Virus record (IMG/VR): IMGVR_UViG_3300038679_000051
Location: 160,001-224,000 of that record
Length of the DNA stretch: 64,000 bases
Strand: one strand, 5' to 3'
Source: a virus
Taxonomy: Duplodnaviria; Caudoviricetes
Position 1 is the first letter of the stretch; every line of letters starts with the position of its first letter. Below are positions 38,592 through 49,251 of this stretch, in pieces. The notes under the pieces are model-generated. The model did not search any database, was not told the origin of the DNA, and saw only the letters and a list, made by a program, of their open reading frames with translations. Both the position numbers and the translations under genes were made by a program.

Positions 38592-40112
38592 ATGCTAATA
38601 AAAATAAGAGATAACAAAATCATACATGTAGAAGGCATTACCACGACAGAAGAACAATTGTTGCGGAAATGGTTCAGCGCCAGAAACCCTGCATTCAGAT
38701 ATATCCGTGGCATAATGCCAGGGGTCAGTTACGATGGGGTAGTATGTAGATATAATGCAGTTAAACGGACTTTGCCATTGACGTTTAAAAATGAATTGCG
38801 CACGAGGTGTGCCCAATATGACATCAAATTAACGATAATCGATGAACGGCAGCGACCAAAATATGCAGCTGATCCGGATTTAATAAATGAAGACTGGTTG
38901 CCTGGCATTAAATTAAATGATTATCAAATAGATTCAATAAAGGCGGCTTGCGTAGAGGAATGCGGTATATTATGTTTACCTACCGGCAGTGGTAAAGGCG
39001 AATTGATAGCCGGTATTGTGAAGGCATACAAATGCCCAACAGTGATATTAGCTGAACAAGTAGTCATCATCGATCAATTGAAGGAGAGATTAGAACTTAG
39101 AGATGTGGTTGAAGAAGTAGGGTTATTTTATGCTGGGACGACGCCAGACGATAAGTTAGTATGCATTGGGACTTCGTCGTCATTATTGATCCCACCATTG
39201 CCGACAAAATTCAAACACAAACCTACCAAATTTCTACAATTAATGAAAGCAAGACAAACTAGAAGCGAAAATGCTATGAAATATAGAGATTTGCTAAAGA
39301 AAGCTGATCTATTGATAGTTGATGAATGCGATAGAGCAGTTTCAAAGACTTATAAACACATGTTTAGACATTGGTTTAACGGTAGACGTAGATTCGGCAT
39401 GAGTGCAACGCCATTTGATAGGAAGAAACCAATAGAAAATCTATTTGTTCGCGAACATTTTGGATCTATAATTCATGAAGTTCATAGAGACGTAGTGGAG
39501 CAAAGTGGTAGAATCATTCCAATAAAATTCTACATGATAGCTATTGGAGAAGATGGATATAAATTCGAGGGATCGACTTGGGATATCGCATTGAAAGAGC
39601 AAGTAATTGAGAACGGGGAATTCCACCAAACCGTCAAAGGCGTAGTAGAATCATTTAAAGACGATGGTACGTTGATATTAGTGGAAAGAGACGAGCTGGG
39701 CAAAATGCTTGAATCAATAATTGAAAATTCTGTGTTTATTAATGGACAAACTCCTAAAAAACAGAGAAGAAATGTGATTGATCGGTTCGAGAAGAGAGAA
39801 ATTAAGTGTCTGATAGGTGGGAAAATTCTCAAACGTGGATTCGATTTAAAGGGTGGTTGTGAAAATCTTATTTTGAGTGGTATGGGCCAGCTCCACTCTG
39901 ATCTATTGCAGCAGATCGGCCGAGCTTTTCGTTTAAACTCGAAAGGTAAAGCTAGAGTGTTCGATTTTTATTTTATGAATAATAAATATTTATATGGTCA
40001 CAGCAAAGAGCGATTAAAGGCTGTTGTCAATTCTGGATATGATGCTACAGTCATTTTCAAAAATAAGACAATATCTGGACTGGAATTGATTAAGCGTAAA
40101 TTTAGGATATAG
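38592..40112 (+). CDS. uvsW: UvsW-like SF2 helicase
   Basis: LPTGSGKG, IVDECD, GMSATP, QQIGRAFR. Confidence 0.85.
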   Translation: MLIKIRDNKIIHVEGITTTEEQLLRKWFSARNPAFRYIRGIMPGVSYDGVVCRYNAVKRTLPLTFKNELRTRCAQYDIKLTIIDERQRPKYAADPDLINEDWLPGIKLNDYQIDSIKAACVEECGILCLPTGSGKGELIAGIVKAYKCPTVILAEQVVIIDQLKERLELRDVVEEVGLFYAGTTPDDKLVCIGTSSSLLIPPLPTKFKHKPTKFLQLMKARQTRSENAMKYRDLLKKADLLIVDECDRAVSKTYKHMFRHWFNGRRRFGMSATPFDRKKPIENLFVREHFGSIIHEVHRDVVEQSGRIIPIKFYMIAIGEDGYKFEGSTWDIALKEQVIENGEFHQTVKGVVESFKDDGTLILVERDELGKMLESIIENSVFINGQTPKKQRRNVIDRFEKREIKCLIGGKILKRGFDLKGGCENLILSGMGQLHSDLLQQIGRAFRLNSKGKARVFDFYFMNNKYLYGHSKERLKAVVNSGYDATVIFKNKTISGLELIKRKFRI

Positions 40113-40150
40113 ATCGAAATATTTAATGTATTAAATTATTGGGAGGTAAG

Positions 40151-41128
40151 ATGATAACTACGATGACAAAGACGAAAAAATTAAATCTTGTCGATTTGGA
40201 CGATGCGCAATTGCGTGAATTACTTCCGCCTAATTATGATTTCAATAGAGATAATCTTCTGAGTAATGGTCTCAGAAGGATGCGATGGATAAATTACATA
40301 AGACATAACAATCCAAATATGGTCAAAATGCAGCAGACACAAAAAATACAAAAAAGTCGTAAGCTTAAAGTGCCTGAACCTGAATCTAAAATCGAAGCGA
40401 ATGTCGATGAAACTGATGAAATTATCGAGAACATTGATAATACAGTTGATAAAAAACTTCCTAAGAATTATTATTTCGACAATGAGAAGGTAGAGAAATT
40501 ATTGCAACGATATGTTGATGGTGCTTGTACTGATGTCGTATTGCGTAATGAAATCATGGAACATGCTAGTGAATTGATTAGACAAATCATACGTGCACAT
40601 GGATTACATAACATTTATCCAGGTCGTGAAGATTCATCTTTTTTTGATTTGTTTCAGTTGGCATGGTGTCAGATTGAATCTACATTATATAAATATCAAA
40701 AAGGAAGAGCCAAAATATTTAATATGTTCAGTCAAGTTGCTAGAACGGTAATTCTGGCACACATTAAAAAGGAAGGCAGAGATAAGAAGAATTGTAAACC
40801 ATATCAAGACATGCTTGTCCGCAAACATGGTACTGCTAGGTCGTTGATGTTCGATAGATTTATTGAAGAAGCCAGAGAGATTTGTAAATTTAATGAAGAT
40901 CATCTTATAGTTTTAGATGCATTGGGTAGATTGTTTGATGTTGACCATAAACCATATGATGGTTTGGTCAGTAAATTAATTAAAATGTCAGGTAGAAGCA
41001 GACAACATGTGGTCAGTTTCATTGAAACTTTACGGATGAGGAGTTCTGAGTTCACTGACTCACCGATAAATGATAAACCAATGCCACACCCATTGGTTTA
41101 TCAAGGGGTGCCCGACGATGAAGATTGA
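40151..41128 (+). CDS. phage sigma-factor-like protein (gp55/late type)
   Basis: YYFDNE...DLFQLAWCQIESTLYKY...FNMFSQVAR region-2-like; sits before the head genes. Confidence 0.55.
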   Translation: MITTMTKTKKLNLVDLDDAQLRELLPPNYDFNRDNLLSNGLRRMRWINYIRHNNPNMVKMQQTQKIQKSRKLKVPEPESKIEANVDETDEIIENIDNTVDKKLPKNYYFDNEKVEKLLQRYVDGACTDVVLRNEIMEHASELIRQIIRAHGLHNIYPGREDSSFFDLFQLAWCQIESTLYKYQKGRAKIFNMFSQVARTVILAHIKKEGRDKKNCKPYQDMLVRKHGTARSLMFDRFIEEAREICKFNEDHLIVLDALGRLFDVDHKPYDGLVSKLIKMSGRSRQHVVSFIETLRMRSSEFTDSPINDKPMPHPLVYQGVPDDED

Positions 41129-41555
41129 AGAATCTTTGCCACATTCAATTAAGGATAAGGTGTTTAAGAAAGTCAGACGTAAAAAAATTGGTTCGCCAGA
41201 GACTAATCTACATATAGGGCTAGTTCCTAGAAAATCAGCCAACCATGTTGCTAGGATGTATAGATACGGTAGAGGCAAGGAGGATGAAGACATGGATCAA
41301 AAGAATGTGGAAGAGACTATAGTTGAAGATGTCAATATGGAAGTCATTAAGGCATATGAGGACATGAAGAAGAGCATGGCTGAGCTTACTAAATTGTTTG
41401 CTCAAATAAATCAGACAATGCAACAGAATGTTGCTAGTATGCAGAAATGGGAGAAATTACATGCACTCCAACGACAACAGGAGCAGCGAGAACAACGAGC
41501 GAAACAACGATCTGAACGATCAATTGAGCGAATTGAACCAACTGCTGGACAATGA
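41118..41555 (+). CDS. hypothetical protein
   Basis: coupled ORF with coiled-coil C-terminus. Confidence 0.55.
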   Translation: MKIEESLPHSIKDKVFKKVRRKKIGSPETNLHIGLVPRKSANHVARMYRYGRGKEDEDMDQKNVEETIVEDVNMEVIKAYEDMKKSMAELTKLFAQINQTMQQNVASMQKWEKLHALQRQQEQREQRAKQRSERSIERIEPTAGQ

Positions 41556-41982
41556 TGTGCCAGAAACGATAGAAGAAGCACCCATAACGCAAGAACCACA
41601 GACACAGACAATGGAGATAGCACCGACGGCGCAAATGTTACCGCAAGTACAACCAGCTCAGATTGAAGCAACACAATTATTGTCAGATTTTCAACAGACG
41701 TCACATGAAATATTGGGAAATTTTAGAGAAGATAGGCGACAAGTAGATGAAGTTGTCAGGCATCTTTGGGATAAAGTCAAGAACAATGAAGACATACCAA
41801 GAACTTATATTGAACAATTAGTGTCGGCATTAGGAGTTAAAGCTGACATCAATGCTAATGCTTGTAAATTACTTGAAGCTAAGGCTAAAATGATGTCTGC
41901 TGGAAAATCTGCTTTCATAAATAACAACAACATATTTGCTGGTTCTGATCTAGATGAATTACTAGATAGGCCCATACAATAA
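41461..41982 (+). CDS. hypothetical protein, possible terminase small subunit
   Basis: directly upstream of and coupled to the large terminase; GGAG SD before 41461. Confidence 0.5.
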   Translation: MHSNDNRSSENNERNNDLNDQLSELNQLLDNDVPETIEEAPITQEPQTQTMEIAPTAQMLPQVQPAQIEATQLLSDFQQTSHEILGNFREDRRQVDEVVRHLWDKVKNNEDIPRTYIEQLVSALGVKADINANACKLLEAKAKMMSAGKSAFINNNNIFAGSDLDELLDRPIQ

Positions 41983-43811
41983 TGGATCAGCGAATCTTAG
42001 AGATTATTAGTAGGTGTCGTAAATCACCATTTTATTTTATGGAGAATTTCTGTAAGGTCAAACACCCAGGGGCTGGTATAATTCCAATGAATTTGTTTTC
42101 ATATCAGAAAGATTCGTTGCAGAAATTTCTACAACATAAAATGACGTGTTATGTCAAGACTAGACAATGTGGCATAAGTTCGTTGTGCGGTGCTTATGCA
42201 TTATGGTTAATAATGTTCTTTAAATCTAAGACGGTGTTAATTACGTCAATGGGCGATCGTGAAGCAAAAGCATTCCTTGAAAAGAATATAAAATTCGTCT
42301 ATAGAAACCTGCCGGAGTGGATGAAGTCCATTTTCCCATTTCCAATTGATAATGAACATGAATTTGGATGTGGTAGAACTGATTCAAAAATCACAAGTCT
42401 ACCGGCTGGCGACGATGTCCTGCGATCTCATTCGTCATCATTAAACATCATTGATGAATCAGCATTCATACGACAGATGGAAAAAATGTGGGCTGCTGGT
42501 TATCCTACGTTGACGCATGGTGGTAGAGTGATCGTGGTTTCCACTTGTGGAGGAATAGGTGGATGGTATTGGAACACGGTTATGGATGCTAGAGCCAATA
42601 CCAATGATTTCCATTTAATAGAAGTCAATTGGTGGGATATGGATTGGGTGATAGAATATGTTGATTCAATTGATGGGAAGAGACGGCGCATAGCGCCGAG
42701 AGATGGCATCAGAAAATCGACACCAGACGAGAAACCGATTTTTGGTGAATGGTGGTCACCATGGTTACAAGATCAATATCGTCAATTGCAGAGTAAAGGT
42801 GAAGCGCATAAATTCCGTCAGGAAGTATTGGCGGAATTTATCGGAACTGGTAATACGGTAGTACCATTACCTAAACTCAAACATGTGGAAATGTGTGTCA
42901 AGAATGCTCCTAAAAAACAAACTATAGATCGGGTGTCGTATTCAAATCCAGAGGCTAGCATTGAACGCACGCTCGATTTCGAGAATGAATTATGGATTTG
43001 GAAGACGCCAGAATATGGTTCCAATCAGAGATTAATGAACGGACAAATAATTGGTGATGTCGGGCATCAATATGTGTTGTCCGTAGATCCTTCGACTGGT
43101 GAAGACAGAGACCAATCTGCGATCGAAGTTGTTGATCAGAGCACAATGGAACAAGTGGCCGAATATGCTGGTAAGGTTGATTCCACAGTATTATCAATGA
43201 TGGCTGATTATCTTGGTAGATGGTATAATGGCGCTAAAATTTTGGTTGAGCGCAATGGTTATGGTATGGCAGTGTTGCAGAAATTACGCGATGAATTATA
43301 TTATCCAAATTTGTGGAGAGAAATTAAAAGCCCTGGTCATGCTTCTGATTATGGTTGGAAGACAACACCAAACACAAAAGCACAATTAAATGCACGAATT
43401 ATCGATGGCGTGGAGGATGTGACGATTTATTCAGCACGTTTATATAAACAATTGACTATCTATGTAAATCTCCGCAGCAATAAATTTGGCCATGAACCTG
43501 GAGCGGGAAACCATGATGACTTAGTCATGGCATTTGGTATCGTATTGGTCGGGATTGGTTCAAGCTCATCTGAACCAGTGATGGTTGTTAGGCCATCGGA
43601 AACTCCAGAACTGAATGATCCAGACTTGCGCATGAAATTTATGTCTGAGATGTCTATGATTGGTGGTACTAGAGCCATGTTGCCATTTGTCTCATCACCA
43701 TTGGGTATTGATGATGGTGATTTAGATAAATTTACTAAGCAATTAGTTGGCGTTCCAAAACCATTGAAGATGGTTGTCGACAAAAAGAATATGCTACCGC
43801 CAAAGAAATAA
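41982..43811 (+). CDS. terL: terminase large subunit (T4 gp17-like)
   Basis: KTRQCG, IIDESAF, QEVLAEF, VLSVDPSTG, HDDLVMA. Confidence 0.95.
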   Translation: MDQRILEIISRCRKSPFYFMENFCKVKHPGAGIIPMNLFSYQKDSLQKFLQHKMTCYVKTRQCGISSLCGAYALWLIMFFKSKTVLITSMGDREAKAFLEKNIKFVYRNLPEWMKSIFPFPIDNEHEFGCGRTDSKITSLPAGDDVLRSHSSSLNIIDESAFIRQMEKMWAAGYPTLTHGGRVIVVSTCGGIGGWYWNTVMDARANTNDFHLIEVNWWDMDWVIEYVDSIDGKRRRIAPRDGIRKSTPDEKPIFGEWWSPWLQDQYRQLQSKGEAHKFRQEVLAEFIGTGNTVVPLPKLKHVEMCVKNAPKKQTIDRVSYSNPEASIERTLDFENELWIWKTPEYGSNQRLMNGQIIGDVGHQYVLSVDPSTGEDRDQSAIEVVDQSTMEQVAEYAGKVDSTVLSMMADYLGRWYNGAKILVERNGYGMAVLQKLRDELYYPNLWREIKSPGHASDYGWKTTPNTKAQLNARIIDGVEDVTIYSARLYKQLTIYVNLRSNKFGHEPGAGNHDDLVMAFGIVLVGIGSSSSEPVMVVRPSETPELNDPDLRMKFMSEMSMIGGTRAMLPFVSSPLGIDDGDLDKFTKQLVGVPKPLKMVVDKKNMLPPKK

Positions 43812-43967
43812 ATTATCTATCATAGTTTATCAGAGGAATTGAATATCCACACAAATTAAAATCTAATTTAAAGGCATGTTAGAAAGGTGGTGTGCATAAT
43901 TATATATAGAGGAAGACTGATATGCAGATTGGATTAATTTTGTCTTTTTGTCACTAGATAGTGAGGG

Positions 43968-45710
43968 ATGAAAATGAGTTGGCAACTTTTTGATAGATTG
44001 AGGGCGCTGTTTAAGCAGGGTAATATATATCGACAAGACCAATTACATCAAGACCAAGTCGATATTGAGAGACTAACAACAGGCAAGAATTCACTTAATT
44101 TAGCTACATATGGCGTATTGCTTGAACAGACCAATTTACAGATCAATCGTCTTGAGCGTTTTAAAGATTATGACCAAATGGATGAAATGGGTGAGATTTC
44201 AGCATCACTCGATATGTATGCCGACGAATCGACATTGATTGATCCTGAATATAAACATAATGTCATGATCAGGTCGAAATATGCTAGAGTTAAGAGTGAA
44301 TTGTCCGATCTATTTTATTCCACATTATGCGTAGATAGTGTACTCCGTTCATGGGTCAGATATTTATGTAAATATGGTGATTTACCACTTGAAATCGTGC
44401 CAACTAAGAACAGGGATGGGGTTGCATCAGTCAGATTTCTGAATGTCTATAATTTCTCACGAGTTGAAACCAAAAAAGGGGATTTGATCGGTTTCTTTTA
44501 TCAAGACGAAGGTGACACACAACCTACGTTTATGCATCCATGGCAAGTAGTACACATGCGACTTGATTCTCTTGAAAACATATTCAAACCATATGGCAGA
44601 AGCATTTTAGAAGGTGGTCGTAAAGATTTTAAACGTCTTCGCCTGATGGAAGACGCTGCATTGATATATCGGATTACTCGTGCGCCTGAACGGCGAGTGT
44701 TTAAAATACCAATTGGTGAAATACCGGCACAGCAAGTCCCTACATATATGGAAATGTTCGCCAGAAACATCAAAAAGCGTAGGTTTTATAATCCATCTAC
44801 TGGGCAAATTGATGAACGGTGGTCACCATTAATCCAAGAGGATGATTATTATCTACCAAGAAGACCAGATGGCACTGGGCCGGAAGTCGACACGTTGCCT
44901 GGTGGTGAGAATTTAGATCAAATTGCGGACATTGAATATTTTAAGAAGAAGATGATATCGGCTATGAAAATACCGTTTTCGAGAGTAGGGTTAGGAGATG
45001 CTGGAGAAGATGGACGTCAATCATTGTCCCAAGTTGCACCAGAATTTGCAAAAGCCGTGCAATATGTTCAACGGGTCACTGCGATTGGATTGCAGAAGAT
45101 TGGATTGGTACACCTTGCATTAAAGGGGATCTCGGTAAATGAAATGAAACGAGTGGAATTATATCTTCCGGCATCATCTGCAATTGATGAATTATATCGA
45201 ATAGAGAAATGGGCGACTAGGGCGGATGTCATTGCTAATTTGAAGGACACTGGATTATTCGATCCAGTATGGATATTAAGAACGTTTACTGACATGTCTG
45301 AAGATGAGATAGTAAAAATGCAAAAGAATATGAAATCATTGCCTGAGGAGCCAGCACTTGGTGAGATGCCTTTGCCTGAAGGCGTGGAAATAGACCAAAG
45401 GGTCATTGCTGAATCGAAAAAATTAGACTCTGATTATGGAATCTTTAAAGAGCGGATGAAACGAGTGATGAATGAGGAGGAAATTACCTCCAACATGTTG
45501 GTGAACATGATCAACAATAATGAACTAGATGGATTAAAGAAAGATGATGAAATCCTGCTTGAACACAACATCGATCGAGTATCGATGCTCGAAATAATCA
45601 AAGAGTGTAGAGAATCGTTTATAAAAGAACGTAATGAATTTATAGAGAAACAAACCAAGGCACAATCCATAGTGCAGGATGAAATAACAGAAACTGACAT
45701 ACCTTCATAA
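43968..45710 (+). CDS. gp20: portal protein (T4 gp20-like)
   Basis: EDAALIYRITRAPERRVFKI, EDDYYLPRR, TLPGG, IEYFKKK. Confidence 0.95.
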   Translation: MKMSWQLFDRLRALFKQGNIYRQDQLHQDQVDIERLTTGKNSLNLATYGVLLEQTNLQINRLERFKDYDQMDEMGEISASLDMYADESTLIDPEYKHNVMIRSKYARVKSELSDLFYSTLCVDSVLRSWVRYLCKYGDLPLEIVPTKNRDGVASVRFLNVYNFSRVETKKGDLIGFFYQDEGDTQPTFMHPWQVVHMRLDSLENIFKPYGRSILEGGRKDFKRLRLMEDAALIYRITRAPERRVFKIPIGEIPAQQVPTYMEMFARNIKKRRFYNPSTGQIDERWSPLIQEDDYYLPRRPDGTGPEVDTLPGGENLDQIADIEYFKKKMISAMKIPFSRVGLGDAGEDGRQSLSQVAPEFAKAVQYVQRVTAIGLQKIGLVHLALKGISVNEMKRVELYLPASSAIDELYRIEKWATRADVIANLKDTGLFDPVWILRTFTDMSEDEIVKMQKNMKSLPEEPALGEMPLPEGVEIDQRVIAESKKLDSDYGIFKERMKRVMNEEEITSNMLVNMINNNELDGLKKDDEILLEHNIDRVSMLEIIKECRESFIKERNEFIEKQTKAQSIVQDEITETDIPS

Positions 45711-45773
45711 TTTTTCGCAAAAATATTTTTGTTAGATTGTGGATACAGAACCCATCAAAAAAGGAGAACCAAA

Positions 45774-48137
45774 ATGTCTGTGAATCAGAAGAAAACGACA
45801 TCCGCAATTACGATGGATGCTCGTAAATTCCTGCACGGAATCAATGAATCTGCACAAGCGAAAATTGTCTTTTTCGAGAGATTGATTAAGAAACTCGGTG
45901 ATGCACAACAGAAGAATTGGAAATTAGTAGCGTTACATCCGAATGAACTGATGTTCGAAGACGTTGACACTCACGTTTATTGTCAGGCGACGATCAAGCG
46001 TGATAAAGGCGGCAAATTGTCAATTGAAGACATCAAGAAGATAAATGTCGTTGAAGAAAAGAAAGAGCAATTGTTCAACCAATTTTGCACTGAATTGGTT
46101 GAGGCAATATCCGAAGACAATCAACACAAAGCCGAAGTCGCATTCAACAAGATCGAATCATGTCGTTTTCGGCCGAATGTAATACCACACAACGGACACG
46201 TTAGAACGCGTGATGGTCGCACGCACTATGTCCCGGTCATTGAATCCGTGGTGGCCGAAGACAAGAAATCAATCATCGTTGCTGCGGCGGTTAAGGCACT
46301 CAAATCTGATGTGAAAATGAGTGAAGGTAGATTGGTATCTGCAACTATCGTCGAAGCGAATGACAAGAAAACCATTACGTTGCCAATAGACGAACTCGTG
46401 CGTCGGCGCGTAGTGGCGAGGAACATGCGGGCTGTTGCTGAGAATGCCTGGAAACAACAGGAATTTCAGGAACATGTTCAGACGATCGCTGGGCTTATAA
46501 GTGAATCGAAAATTACCGAATCAGTCGAATATGCGGCGAAATTTCTGAATGAATACCAGGAATTTTCATTGTTGGACAAAGCAGAGACCAAGAAATTAAT
46601 CGAAAACGCGTTGATTTCGACTGGATGTTTCAATTCAGCATTAATCGAAGATTGTAGCGTCTTGTTTTATAAGACCAATATGAAGATCAATCGTAATGAC
46701 ATAATTGAATCATGGCAAAAAACTGCAGCCAAGACAGAATTTGCTCCTCTTATTTCAGAAGTAAACAAATTAGCGGAATCTAAGAGTTTTGATGAAGATT
46801 ATGGTGCGTTTCTCAAGAACGTATTTATGGAAGCAGCTGACGTCAAAGAAGTTCGTCGGTTAGCCTATTTGAATAGCATGAAATTGATTCGTAACGTAAT
46901 CGACGTTGAAGATGACATCGTTGCAGACCAGTTACAAGACCTAATTGATCGACTGGAGACTCCAGAAGTCGATGATGCAACGCTTCGTGAAGCAGAAGAT
47001 CTATTGGCATCAATATCCGAAGAATTAATGCAAGCCGTTTCTACGTTGGATGATTTTGATAAGATGCCGGGTGAAGACGAGGAATTGCCAGAAATTGAGC
47101 CTGAACCAGAAGTCGAACCAGGGGCCGAACTTGAAGCTCCGGAAGGTGAACCTAGTGGGACCATCGAAACTCCGCCTGAGGCTCCAGCTGCAGCTCCTGA
47201 ATTAGAAGTTCCAGAATCAGTCGATGCGTCTAAAATCATCCCAATTTCGGAAATGAATGAAGATAAACTTGTTGAGGAATTAGCCTGCTGGGAAAAGAAT
47301 CATGAATTGTATGTTACCGAAGATGGCATTAAGGATTGTATGAAACAACTTAATGAATATATTGATCGTGCAGAGACTATCAATTGTCAATCTTTGGCCG
47401 AAAAGTTTAGATCGATGCGTGATCAACATTCAGTAATCAGCGAGAAGCAATATTTTGGGATGCCAAGTTTGAAGAAACCGGCAACCAAGATTAAATCAGA
47501 TTATAAGAAGGTGAATGGCGTATCGCAAATGACTGGTAGTAATCAGAAGGGTGAAGGGCACAAAATGGACGCAGAAGGAACTGCAATCGGTAGTGGGAAA
47601 CTCAAAGATGCTGGCCATGAAATGGATCGCGTTGATGGGAGCGTTGGTGACCAACACCCAGCCACAAAAGCGAAAGCCGCTGGTGAAGCTGTTGTGACTC
47701 ACAAAAACGATCATCCTGCCAACAAAAAAGGCAAGGGTCCAGCAGTTAAGGGTATCGCTGAAGCCATAGAAGGAAAAGCTTGTGAATGTGGTGCGCCGAT
47801 TGGCGAGGATGAATTGTTATGTCCGAAATGTAAAGGTGCTGGAAAAGCACCAGATGTTAAAAGCGCCGGGACGTCAAACAAATCTGACATTAAATCCGAA
47901 TGTACATGTGAATGTGGTGCGATGATGGAATGTGATACACAGGTTTGTCCGAAATGTGGCGCACAAAGAATGTCTGAAGACCAAATTAAAGACCCGAAAA
48001 TTCCGGGTATTGGTTTGAAGAGATCGGCAATTGCAAAAGAAAGTGTCGATGATGACATCGATCAAGCTTTAGCGGAAGTTCTGAAGAATTGCAGCGAAGA
48101 AGATAAGAAAGTGAATAAAGAAGGCAACAAAGAATAG
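45774..48137 (+). CDS. large acidic hypothetical head-region protein with C-terminal Zn ribbons
   Basis: AGGAG SD before 45774; E/P-rich linker; CECG...CPKC twice. Confidence 0.75.
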   Translation: MSVNQKKTTSAITMDARKFLHGINESAQAKIVFFERLIKKLGDAQQKNWKLVALHPNELMFEDVDTHVYCQATIKRDKGGKLSIEDIKKINVVEEKKEQLFNQFCTELVEAISEDNQHKAEVAFNKIESCRFRPNVIPHNGHVRTRDGRTHYVPVIESVVAEDKKSIIVAAAVKALKSDVKMSEGRLVSATIVEANDKKTITLPIDELVRRRVVARNMRAVAENAWKQQEFQEHVQTIAGLISESKITESVEYAAKFLNEYQEFSLLDKAETKKLIENALISTGCFNSALIEDCSVLFYKTNMKINRNDIIESWQKTAAKTEFAPLISEVNKLAESKSFDEDYGAFLKNVFMEAADVKEVRRLAYLNSMKLIRNVIDVEDDIVADQLQDLIDRLETPEVDDATLREAEDLLASISEELMQAVSTLDDFDKMPGEDEELPEIEPEPEVEPGAELEAPEGEPSGTIETPPEAPAAAPELEVPESVDASKIIPISEMNEDKLVEELACWEKNHELYVTEDGIKDCMKQLNEYIDRAETINCQSLAEKFRSMRDQHSVISEKQYFGMPSLKKPATKIKSDYKKVNGVSQMTGSNQKGEGHKMDAEGTAIGSGKLKDAGHEMDRVDGSVGDQHPATKAKAAGEAVVTHKNDHPANKKGKGPAVKGIAEAIEGKACECGAPIGEDELLCPKCKGAGKAPDVKSAGTSNKSDIKSECTCECGAMMECDTQVCPKCGAQRMSEDQIKDPKIPGIGLKRSAIAKESVDDDIDQALAEVLKNCSEEDKKVNKEGNKE

Positions 48138-48149
48138 ATCGGGAAAATA

Positions 48150-49247
48150 ATGGTCATTACACACAATAATAAAAAAGCGTTGGTGTTGCATAGCGATGAT
48201 AAATTTCATTATTTGTTTTATCTTGAAAAAGGAACAAATAAAACTAAAATAGTTACAACTAAGAAGGCGAAGGAGGAACCAAAATCTAATTTAATATCAA
48301 AATCTGACACTGAATCAAAACATCTTGGACCGAGAGAACGAAATTTTATCGCTATGTATCTACACACGGTGAAGCATATACCTATGTCTGATGTTGTAAC
48401 ACAAATTGCGAATGTCGATCCAGAGGAATTGTTGCGTATATATAATGAAATCTCTAACAAATATGCAATAATCGGTAATCGTGTTATAACTAAGGAATTG
48501 AAAACAAAAGAAGATAAGTTAGCTAAAGTAATTGCGAGCATGTCATTTCAGGAATTAATTGCATTAGATATCAAAGAGATTGAAGATTATATCAAGGATG
48601 GCAAGGTTGAATTTTTCGACGCCCTAGTTATTGTCGAAAAATTAAGTGAAGAGCAAATAGATTACTATTTAGAATTATATGGGAATGGAATCAGAGAAGA
48701 GAGAGAAGTGCCTGATTGGCTACAAGCAGCGCGGCATGGTAGTTCAAAACCTGTGGCTGAACCTGTGGCTGAACCTGAGATAACAGGGGTTGGGAAATTG
48801 GGGCTTGGTGATTTAATAGCCGCACCTGGTGCTGATGGTCGTCCATATGCGGCAAAAGTATTGAAGATTAAGGGTGCTGGAGGATTTTCGGTAGAAGTCA
48901 AGCCACCCACTGAATATGTCGTTTCGGGATCCAAACCAAAACTTGAGAGAAGGAGCATATCAAGTGGTTCGGTTATTGTAGAAGTTGTCCCATTGAGTGT
49001 CGAAAGTATTGTACATAAAAGTGCCTCAACTATTCCTGTCAGGCAAATTATTTATAAGGATGGCGAAAGTGTGCCACTATTGACGGTAGTTCCGAAGGAT
49101 AAAATACAAATGTCCGGTAAATCAGACGTAAGCGTATCTGCACCAGGGGAACGTTTTGTCAAACCATTACATAAGACTGAACAAGAGGCCATTGCTGATC
49201 GTGCGGCAGAAAAACGTGCAGCAAGGGAACGCGCAAAGGGAACTTAA
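48150..49247 (+). CDS. hypothetical protein
   Basis: 365-aa ORF in head operon. Confidence 0.7.
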   Translation: MVITHNNKKALVLHSDDKFHYLFYLEKGTNKTKIVTTKKAKEEPKSNLISKSDTESKHLGPRERNFIAMYLHTVKHIPMSDVVTQIANVDPEELLRIYNEISNKYAIIGNRVITKELKTKEDKLAKVIASMSFQELIALDIKEIEDYIKDGKVEFFDALVIVEKLSEEQIDYYLELYGNGIREEREVPDWLQAARHGSSKPVAEPVAEPEITGVGKLGLGDLIAAPGADGRPYAAKVLKIKGAGGFSVEVKPPTEYVVSGSKPKLERRSISSGSVIVEVVPLSVESIVHKSASTIPVRQIIYKDGESVPLLTVVPKDKIQMSGKSDVSVSAPGERFVKPLHKTEQEAIADRAAEKRAARERAKGT

Positions 49248-49251
49248 GCAT

